From positions 1-64,000 of the IMG/VR virus record IMGVR_UViG_3300021959_006017: a stretch of DNA of 64,000 nucleotides; one strand, given 5' to 3'. Positions 9,809-18,500 of this stretch are shown piece by piece (positions within the stretch are counted from its first letter, which is position 1; each line of letters starts with the position of its first letter). A program made the position numbers and the translations under genes. The notes beneath the pieces were generated by a model. The model saw nothing but the letters and a program-made list of their open reading frames with translations, did not search any database and was not told the DNA's origin.

Positions 9809-10684
9809 ATGGAAATTATAACAGAAGATTTTACATACAATGTTCCAGATAGTTACCTAAGTACTGCAACAACAGAAGGTAAAACTAACACTCTTACCTA
9901 TACAGGACCTAATGAAATATGGGTATTTGTTGATAAAGTTTCAGGAAAACTGGACTGGAGTATGCATGCACTTATTAACTTTGACGAAGGAATGCAAGAA
10001 ATAGCAATAACTCATGCAGGACAATATCATAAACCAATACTTGTTCATTTCGATCAAAATCCTTTGATTTGTTGGGCAATGTATGGCGATCTTGATTGGG
10101 ATTCTTTAGGAGAAAAAACGTTCACACTTGACGGAGAAACTGAGCCTTATTATAGACACCCTGATCCTTTACCACCACAACTGATTTATGATTATCCTTC
10201 TTTTGTATATTTGTTTGATAGCAGCACTTGGAAACAACCTTATCCTATGCAAACACCTAAACAAACACAGGACGATGTTGAAGGATATATAGCTGCATAC
10301 ATAGCAGATATTGAAAAACATATTGCTGACTCTAACAGTGGTTTAACAGCTGATCAAAAAACAACAATGACAGCAGCTAAAACTACAGCAGAAGGTATTG
10401 TAGCAAAATATGGTCCAGACGGAGCAAATGTTCCTTATTGGATGTGGCCACCTTGTCCTCCTACACCAGATTGGGATCCTAATATGGAAGAAGACACTGA
10501 TGTACCAGAAGCAGAACGTTGGGATTCAGCAGCTGATGGCTCAGAAGGTGCGGGTGCTGAAACTAACTATCAGCCAGAAAATAACGAACCTACTCCAGCA
10601 TCAGAAAGCGAAGCATTTCCTAACACAGATAGCCAGCAAACTGAAGCAGGTGAACTACCAGACGAAGACGCTCCAACAGAATAA
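9809..10684 (+). CDS. Hypothetical protein, possible tail-fibre assembly chaperone, with acidic disordered tail
   Basis: Last gene of the fibre transcription unit; helical segment followed by W.WPP.P motif as in Tfa-like chaperones; D/E/P-rich C-terminus. Confidence 0.4.
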   Translation: MEIITEDFTYNVPDSYLSTATTEGKTNTLTYTGPNEIWVFVDKVSGKLDWSMHALINFDEGMQEIAITHAGQYHKPILVHFDQNPLICWAMYGDLDWDSLGEKTFTLDGETEPYYRHPDPLPPQLIYDYPSFVYLFDSSTWKQPYPMQTPKQTQDDVEGYIAAYIADIEKHIADSNSGLTADQKTTMTAAKTTAEGIVAKYGPDGANVPYWMWPPCPPTPDWDPNMEEDTDVPEAERWDSAADGSEGAGAETNYQPENNEPTPASESEAFPNTDSQQTEAGELPDEDAPTE

Positions 10685-10691
10685 AATAGAT

Positions 10692-10723
10692 AAAAAAGGC
10701 TTCATTTCTAGAAGCCTTTTTTT
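10692..10723. terminator. Bidirectional rho-independent terminator
   Basis: AAAAAAGGCTTC-atttcta-GAAGCCTTTTTTT. Confidence 0.8.
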
Positions 10724-10744
10724 ATGGCTGGATTAAAGTGCGTA

Positions 10745-10752
10745 TATAAATA
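10745..10752 (+). promoter_or_regulatory. Late promoter TATAAATA, 5 nt before ATG 10758
   Basis: Exact T4 late consensus directly after the terminator. Confidence 0.7.
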
Positions 10753-10757
10753 TTTGC

Positions 10758-11345
10758 ATGGAAGATCCAAGAGATGAATATCGTATATTACCAAATCTTT
10801 TACCTAAATCCTATGCAGATCTTTTAGAAGCTGAACTTTCTAAAATACATTGGTATTGGTATCCAAGTGCTTCAGGAGATGTTGCTGTAGATCCCGATGA
10901 CAAAAATATTTTTGATTCTCCCCAAATGCAACATGTTTTTATTGAAGAAAATGAACCAATATCTCCGTATGCTTCTCTAATACAACCAGTAGTTTGGTTT
11001 TTAGAAAAAGAAATGCAAATGAGTATTAAAAATATTGTACGTGTAAAAGCAAATCTTTTAATGCCAGGTAGATCAAACTTAGATAACTATAATATTCCTC
11101 ATGTTGATTCTCCAAGCGACGATTATATTAGCATGGTTTATTATGTAAACAATGCAGACGGTGATACTAAAATATTTCACAAAACACTTGACGAAGGACA
11201 CAAAGACTTATATACTATAGCAGGCATTAGTCCTAAGAAAGGAAGAGCTGTAATGTTTAAATCAAATAGATTTCATGCAAGCACACCCCCGTTTAAAGCT
11301 GATAAAAGAATAGTATTAAACTTTGTATTACAACCAGGAACATAA
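10758..11345 (+). CDS. 2OG-Fe(II) oxygenase
   Basis: PHVD (HxD), SMVYYVNNADGDT, FHAS..P...KRIVLNF (distal His and Arg). Confidence 0.8.
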   Translation: MEDPRDEYRILPNLLPKSYADLLEAELSKIHWYWYPSASGDVAVDPDDKNIFDSPQMQHVFIEENEPISPYASLIQPVVWFLEKEMQMSIKNIVRVKANLLMPGRSNLDNYNIPHVDSPSDDYISMVYYVNNADGDTKIFHKTLDEGHKDLYTIAGISPKKGRAVMFKSNRFHASTPPFKADKRIVLNFVLQPGT

Positions 11346-11347
11346 AA

Positions 11348-12391
11348 ATGACAGATAGAGCAAAAGCCTTTTTTATTAATGGAGGTGCAGGCAGGGTGCT
11401 TGCTAGTATTCCAGCATTAGAAAAGTATTATGAAGAAACTAGCCAAGACTTTATTATTGTAGCAGAAGGCGGAATGGACCTCTATAAAGGTCATCCAATA
11501 CTACATGAACGTGCATATGATGTTTGGCATAAAGGAATATTCCAAGACAAAATTAAAAATATGGATGTAGTAACTCCAGAACCATACAGAGTGTGGGAGT
11601 ACTACAATCAAAAATGTAACCTACAACAAGGTTTTGATATAGAAATAAACGGTAAAGGTATAAGAGATCTTCCAAGACCTTTTATACATTTAACACAAGA
11701 AGAAAAAGTAAATGGTAAAGCATGCATTAAAGAGGTATTAGATAATGTAGGTTTTAATAAAACTATCGTATTCCAACCATTTGGAAGAGGCATAGGAGAA
11801 CACGCAGGGTTTTTAACAGATCCAAGTGGAAGAAGTTTTGAATATGCAAATATAATAAGCATTGTGAAGAAGTTACAAGAAAAAGAGTTTGCAGTTATTT
11901 TAATGAGTGAACTAAACTTAGACTTCCAAAAAGAAGGAACGCCGAAACCTGTTGCACAGCCAAGTGGAATAGGTTTAAAGCAGTGGGCAGCTATTATTGC
12001 CGAAGCAGACTATTTCTTAGGCTGCGATAGTGTGGGACAACATATTGCACACAGTTTAAATAAACCTGCTACAGTAGTAACTGGTAGCACTTTTGCTGAA
12101 AATGTTAGTTTTTTAGATGATGAAAAGTTTGATATTCAAGACATGGGAGAAAGTAAAAGAAAATATGATCCTATTAGAATAGTACCAGACGAAGTTGTTG
12201 CAAAAAACAACGATGGTATAATGGCTATGAATGGTCCCATTGAAGACGAGATTATTAAAAACTTAATAAAAAACTTTGAAAAATATGTAAAAAAAGAAAC
12301 TACAGTAAAAAAGAAAGTTTCTGAACTTACTAACAAAACAAACAATACAGCACCTAAGCTGGTGCCTGGTTTATCACCTATTAAGGAATAA
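11348..12391 (+). CDS. GT-B glycosyltransferase, GT9 (heptosyltransferase)-like
   Basis: N-terminal GGAGRVLASIPAL and C-terminal WAAIIAEADYFLGCDSVGQHIAHSLNKPATVVTGST, matching the GT9 'L..AA.I..A..F.G.DSG..H.A.A...P...L.G.T' pattern. Confidence 0.65.
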   Translation: MTDRAKAFFINGGAGRVLASIPALEKYYEETSQDFIIVAEGGMDLYKGHPILHERAYDVWHKGIFQDKIKNMDVVTPEPYRVWEYYNQKCNLQQGFDIEINGKGIRDLPRPFIHLTQEEKVNGKACIKEVLDNVGFNKTIVFQPFGRGIGEHAGFLTDPSGRSFEYANIISIVKKLQEKEFAVILMSELNLDFQKEGTPKPVAQPSGIGLKQWAAIIAEADYFLGCDSVGQHIAHSLNKPATVVTGSTFAENVSFLDDEKFDIQDMGESKRKYDPIRIVPDEVVAKNNDGIMAMNGPIEDEIIKNLIKNFEKYVKKETTVKKKVSELTNKTNNTAPKLVPGLSPIKE

Positions 12392-12393
12392 AA

Positions 12394-14187
12394 ATGAGCG
12401 AAGAAAATAAAGACATTTGGATTGCAGGTATTACAAGAGGACATAATGGAGGTGTCTGTTTATTAAAAAACGGCGAAGTTATATTTGCTACTGAAGAAGA
12501 ACGTTATTCTCGGTACAAGTATGATGGCGGACCACTAGCTAGTATGCTTAAAATTAAAGAATATACAGATAAACTTGATTATATAGTTGTTGCTCACACG
12601 CAAAGTTTAAAAGATACAGCAGGTATTATTGATTTCTCAGGCGATGACATGTATACTGGTTGGGCAAGAAAGTTAGGCCTTATAGAAAGAAAGAATGTAG
12701 ATTTAAGAAATCACCCACAAGTAATGGATCTAAGCCACATGCATCATAGACTACATGCTGCTTGTGCTTTTTATAGATCTGGATTTGACGAAGCAGTAGC
12801 CGTTATTGTTGATGGCGCCGGTACTTTTATTCCAATGCAAATAAATGAGAATGAACATGCATACGGATTTGAAGTTGAAAGTTTATTCGACTGTTCTTAT
12901 CCTGCAAACTTTGCTACTTTATTTAAAAGTATAGGACTTAAAAATGGCGGAGTTCGTACTCAAATAGATAATGTAGAAACTTTTGGAGAAGAATACGAAA
13001 GCGTTATACATGATAGAGCAGGTATTGTTAAAGTGTATGAAGCTGTTACTGAGTTTTGTGGATTTCCTGCTATTGAAGCAGGTAAAACTATGGGACTATT
13101 TCCGTACGGTGAACCTAACGAAAATATTCCACCGTTGTTTGAAAAAGGCGGTCGTGTTAGATTAAGTAATAGAAATGTTATTATACCAACGTATCCTAAC
13201 TCTGCACTAGTAAACTTTCAACAATATGATGAACTAAAAGACGGTTTAGCAAGTGACTTAACTAAGTTACAAAATCGCAGAGATCTAGCATATGCTGTCC
13301 AGACACAATCACAAGATCAGGTTGTAGAATATATTCGTCAGGCTGTTGCAATGAGTGGTAAAAAGAATGTTGTTATTTCAGGCGGCTATGGATTAAACTG
13401 TGTTGCTAACTATCATTACTTAGAAGCACTCAAAGACGAAGATATTAACATATATGTAGAACCTGTTAGTAATGATGCAGGCACAGCTATAGGTGGTGCA
13501 CTAATGACATATTACCATTTGTCTGAAAGCACTGAAAATAAAGGTATTAACCATAACTTATATTTAGGTATTCCTTATACTTATGAAATAGACGAGATTG
13601 AATCATTAGCACAAGAATACGGAGCAACAGTAACAGATGCTACAAATGAAGATGTAGTTGATTTAATCACTAGTAAAAACATTGTAAGTGTATTCCAAGG
13701 AGGATCAGAATCAGGACCTAGAGCACTTGGTAACAGAAGTATACTTTATGATCCAACAGATCCAGATGGAAAAGATTTTGTTAATACTGTAAAACGCAGA
13801 GAATACTTCCGTCCGTTTGCTGGTAGTATCCTTGAAGAAGATGTACACGAATGGTTTGATTTACGTGGTATGGAAAGCTCACCTACAATGATGTATGCTG
13901 TAAACTGTCAGCCAGGCATTGAAGAAAAGATTCCTGCTATTATTCATGTAGACGGTACTTGTCGTATACAAACTGTTAATAGAGAACAAAATGCAAACTA
14001 TTATGATTTGATTAAAGCCTTTAAAGAAAAGACAGGCTGTCCGATTATCTTTAATACTAGCTTTAACTTAGGCGGTGAACCATTAGTAGAAACACTAGAA
14101 GATGCATTTTGGACACTACAGCAAAGTGATATTGAATACTGTTATCTTCCAGAATATGGTAAGTTGTTGTCAATCAAAAACGCATAA
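12394..14187 (+). CDS. O-carbamoyltransferase (NodU/CmcH/TobZ family)
   Basis: GHNGGVCL..EEERYSRYK, HHRLHA..AF..SGF, VDGAG, EAGKTMGL.PYG, GG..LNCVAN, DAGTAIG, ESGPRALGNRSIL, KRRE.FRPFA, HVDGTCRIQTV, NTSFNL.GEPLVET. Confidence 0.93.
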   Translation: MSEENKDIWIAGITRGHNGGVCLLKNGEVIFATEEERYSRYKYDGGPLASMLKIKEYTDKLDYIVVAHTQSLKDTAGIIDFSGDDMYTGWARKLGLIERKNVDLRNHPQVMDLSHMHHRLHAACAFYRSGFDEAVAVIVDGAGTFIPMQINENEHAYGFEVESLFDCSYPANFATLFKSIGLKNGGVRTQIDNVETFGEEYESVIHDRAGIVKVYEAVTEFCGFPAIEAGKTMGLFPYGEPNENIPPLFEKGGRVRLSNRNVIIPTYPNSALVNFQQYDELKDGLASDLTKLQNRRDLAYAVQTQSQDQVVEYIRQAVAMSGKKNVVISGGYGLNCVANYHYLEALKDEDINIYVEPVSNDAGTAIGGALMTYYHLSESTENKGINHNLYLGIPYTYEIDEIESLAQEYGATVTDATNEDVVDLITSKNIVSVFQGGSESGPRALGNRSILYDPTDPDGKDFVNTVKRREYFRPFAGSILEEDVHEWFDLRGMESSPTMMYAVNCQPGIEEKIPAIIHVDGTCRIQTVNREQNANYYDLIKAFKEKTGCPIIFNTSFNLGGEPLVETLEDAFWTLQQSDIEYCYLPEYGKLLSIKNA

Positions 14188-14211
14188 ATACTCTGTAAGT
14201 TCGGAGTTGAG

Positions 14212-14607
14212 ATGAATATTGATGACTATTTAACTAATGGATTAAATGACACACTTCTTGTAAAAAACAACGGAGGGTTTAGTCATAACGGTCCTTGGAA
14301 AAATTTGCAGAGTGATACTCTAGTTGATAGATATTATATTGGAGATATAAGTTCTGCAGAATATACTATTAGTATTGATTTAAACTCTGATAACAAAGAA
14401 ATCTTTAAATGTTTAGTTACGAGCAGTTTAAACGAAGCAAAAGTAGTAGTGTTTGCTCGTAACTATACAAACAATAGCCTTGCTGAAGTTTATGCTTTAG
14501 TAAACAATCAATATGTAGAACTTTACATTAACCCTAAAAACGATGCATTTAAAGCATCGAGATTTATTCACACAGCACAATACTTTCACAATCTTCATCA
14601 ACTCTAA
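14212..14607 (+). CDS. Hypothetical protein (late region)
   Basis: 131-aa ORF with GGAG RBS, preceded by CATAAATA at 14183 overlapping the upstream stop. Confidence 0.55.
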   Translation: MNIDDYLTNGLNDTLLVKNNGGFSHNGPWKNLQSDTLVDRYYIGDISSAEYTISIDLNSDNKEIFKCLVTSSLNEAKVVVFARNYTNNSLAEVYALVNNQYVELYINPKNDAFKASRFIHTAQYFHNLHQL

Positions 14608-14649
14608 GTAAGTATTTGATTCTGATAAATACAATAGTTGGAGTATGAG

Positions 14650-15543
14650 ATGAAGAAAGCCGCCAATACAGCATTTGAGTCAGATTATGGATTTAAAAGT
14701 CCTAGTTTCAGTGTAGATGCGCTTGGTAATATTATTGCAAATAGCATTAGTACCACAGAACCCATTGGCAGTGGAGCTGATGGAAGTTCGGGTATTTCAA
14801 ACTTTATTGTAACAGAAAATTTAAGCAACACAGCGTTTTTGTTTACTGGTAATGATTCTCCAAATCCAACAATACAGTTACAAAGAGGAACAACTTATAC
14901 CTTTGATTTACAACTTGAAGATCTAGAACTATTTATATATGAATCGGATGGTTCTACACCTTATCAAAATATTTTAGATGATCAAGGAAACACAGGGTTA
15001 TTAGCACAAGGTAAAAAAACTGGTCTAATACAAATAACTATTACAAGTTCCACAACAAATCCGTTAATATATAAAGACGATTCGGGTGATGTTACAGGAC
15101 AGTTTGAGGTAGTTAATCCTACTGGCGTGTTTGGTGGTCTATCAGTTACAAATACAACGCAATCAACAGGTATTGGAACAGGTTCTCTACAAGTATCCGG
15201 CGGCGCAAGCATTGCCAAAGATTTATATCTAGGCGGAAGTTTAATTTTAGATAGCACTGGCGATGTAAAGTTTGATAGTGCTTCTAATCTTACACTTGGA
15301 GCAGTTAACAAGGTTATTATAGTTATTAATGGCAATAAGCTAGGAGAGATAACTAGCGAAGGTATAGAAACACCGATAGCAAATACAACAATAGATAATA
15401 CTGTGATAGGATCTGCAACACCAACAACAGCAACATTTACCAATGCTGATGTCACAGAAGTTCCAACTACGGTAAATAATGTAACAAACAAAGCATATGT
15501 AGATCAGCAAGATATTGCATTAACAATAGCACTTGGAAGTTAA
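14650..15543 (+). CDS. Virion structural protein
   Basis: ATG 14650 follows GGAG; NPTIQLQRGTTYTFD and TGSLQVSGGASIAKDLYLGG fibre-type motifs; NKAYVD...IALTIALG C-terminus; GATAAATA at 14624. Confidence 0.6.
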   Translation: MKKAANTAFESDYGFKSPSFSVDALGNIIANSISTTEPIGSGADGSSGISNFIVTENLSNTAFLFTGNDSPNPTIQLQRGTTYTFDLQLEDLELFIYESDGSTPYQNILDDQGNTGLLAQGKKTGLIQITITSSTTNPLIYKDDSGDVTGQFEVVNPTGVFGGLSVTNTTQSTGIGTGSLQVSGGASIAKDLYLGGSLILDSTGDVKFDSASNLTLGAVNKVIIVINGNKLGEITSEGIETPIANTTIDNTVIGSATPTTATFTNADVTEVPTTVNNVTNKAYVDQQDIALTIALGS

Positions 15544-15546
15544 TAA

Positions 15547-18500
15547 ATGGCAAAAAGAAAAATAGATAATTATGTTTTTAGTCCAGGAATGTCCTACAAA
15601 GACAATCTTGTTCCTAATGCGTATTCACTTATAGACAGTAATACAAACTATATTATTGCAGAAGCAATATCATGGATACAGCAAGAAATAGATGCAGATA
15701 ATGCACCGTTTATAGGGTACACTTACAACCAATCCAAGTGCGAAAGAGATATTGGTTTTATACTAAGTAGTTACAAGAATGATCTACGCTATGGCGGCAA
15801 CGAAAAAACAAGATTATATGCCCAAAAGTATTGGGAAGGTTCTGTATCTCAGTTAGACGGTGATAGACAGCCCGAGGTAGTAACTCATACTTACATTAAA
15901 AATCTTATCAATAACTATATTCTAACAAATACGGCATTTACAAGTTTAAGCGACGAAACCCAAGTTATTGATACAACAAAAACAGCAGAAGCAAGTGCAT
16001 CTACTACAATAACTACGCTTTCAACATTTTTAGTTGATGTTATAGAAAACGGATTAGGACAGCTTCCAACACTTGATCCTAATACATTTGGTTATGTTAA
16101 GATGCAAGGAAAGTATAATCTTTCTGATATACTTCTTATTACTAACAATACAACCAATGACGTTATATTCAACTTTACTAACAACGACACTGGTGCAGTT
16201 ATTGAAGTCAAAGACGCACAGACTGTAGATAACTCACAAGACGTTGACTTTCCAAAGTACCTACAAACAACAGACGGCGTTACAACTCTAAAGCTAAATG
16301 CAAGCACTGCTTCGCAATCTGCAGATGATGATTTACAAATATTTGTTGAATACACAGAAAACGGAAAAAGTTTAACTGTAACTAGACCGTACGACTTTGG
16401 TACAGATGCTATTGAACGTATGCGTGTTGCACCTGCACTATCAATGCTTGACGCTGACTTTGAGTACGGACTACAGCCTACCAAATGGTCTGCTATCGGT
16501 ATGATGCGCGGCTATCCTAGTATTTATGAAGTCCCAGGATCTGAACTAAATGTATCATCTGTAACTACTGATGCATCAGCAGGTACAGGCGGAGTAGGTC
16601 AAAGTTTAGTAACAGTGAACACTGTTTCACCACATGGATTTACTCCAGGCAAGCCTATAACAATCAAAGCACTAGAAAATAGTGTAGCGGGAGCATCAAG
16701 AGCAGAAGGTAGTTTTGTAATTGTTGAAACACCTAGTACACGATCCTTTAGATATTATGCAAAAGCAAAAGTAGGCACAACAAGCGGCGAAGTACTTAGT
16801 ACAACATATACTCAGCTTCGCGCAGCAGGATTTTATACTGGTTCAAATATAAGTTCAAACCCTGTGTTTACTGTTGAAAGTAATGGTTTTAGCGGAACGA
16901 TGGTTGCAGAACTAACTGTTCCAACAGGTGAAACAAGAATACCATATGATGGAAACACCCCAGAACTAGGTGCTCCACTAGTACATGCTGGCGGAAATAT
17001 CCCAACAGGTTCTCAGGTTACTCAATCTATTACACAATCGTCAGGCGGCGGTACATATTTAACAGCAGGTATTGCACAAGATATTTCTAATGGTTCGAAT
17101 ACATTTACAGTTACAGATGCAACAGGTATTATCACAGATTTAGCTATTGATAGAGGTGACGGTGTTGCAGCATTTATAACAAACATTATAGGTGAAGATA
17201 TTACAATAAGTGATAACTTCACAAGAGATATTTCAGGTACTACTGTTACCTATAGCGGTGTATCAGCAGCTCCAGAAACTGGCGTTGGTTTTAATGCAAA
17301 GTTTGATGTATCATGGACCGGAGGTACATATACTGTAGCAGTTGGCGCAGGCATAAATGACGCAGGTGAAGCATACGAGGTTGGGGATAAAATACGCATA
17401 TTAGGTAGCGATGTAGGCGGGTTTAGTCCCGATAATGATATTATTATTACAGTTGACGGAATATTTAGCTTAGGTTCTATTAATGCACTTACAGCAACAG
17501 GTACAGCATTTGATGGAACTGGTAATTTACCAGGAGAACAACCTCCTGTTGAAGGTGGATTAGGTTTTGGTTCAATATTTGATGTTACATATACTGATAA
17601 TACATATGGTAGTGTTACTATAGATACATCGGGCGAATCATATACTGCAAATGATGTTATTGTTATTGATGGTAATAACTTTCTTGGAGGCTCATCAGGA
17701 ACAAATGATGCAACAGTTAAAGTAACAACAGTTGACGGATCAGGAGGTATTACTGCTGCAACAGTAACAGGTACAGCACCGAATGCAAGTGTAAACTATG
17801 GTGTTGATAACGTTGATATTACATACGTATATAGCGGAACAACTGGTTCGGGTGCAGAGTTTACTGTAACTAGAAACGGTACTGTGTATAGTGCTTCTAT
17901 TGATGTTGCAGGTTCAAACTATTTGCCTACAGAAACATTTACTATTGACGGTGCAAACTTAGGTGGTGTAACAACAACTAACGATTGTATTATTACAGTT
18001 GATAATGTCGGCGGATCTGGCGAAATATCTGCAGTTAGTGTTTCAGGTACAGCAGCTAACACAGATACAAAGTTAGCTGTTTCAGGCACAAACTTGTCAG
18101 GTACAGGGGCTATATTTACAATAGATATTGCAGCTGGAGTATATTCTGTAACTATTGATGATGGTGGTTTTGATTACGCAACAAACCAAACTTTTGTTAT
18201 AGAAGGTACATCTTTAGGAGGCACTACACCTACAAACGATGCAACTATTACAGTTAGTACAGTAGATGCTAGTGGAACTATTACAGGAGCAACTATAGCT
18301 GGTACAGCTATAACAGATACAGGTAGTGTAACTTCAGTTGGAGGTACTAACGAGTTACCTGAAGGAGACGGTGCAACATTTGATGTTGTTAGATCAGCAA
18401 GTGCATATTCTGTAACTGTTATTGACCAAGGTACACTGTATACCAACGGCAATAGAATGATTATTACAGGAGACCTCCTTGGTGGACAATCTCCATTACA

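Noticed and set aside
14982-15491. 169-aa minus-strand ORF, and similar antisense ORFs at 16092, 18174, 30492, 36993, 51394, 57897
   Set aside because: Shadows of long plus-strand genes with biased codon use; no RBS, promoter or motifs.
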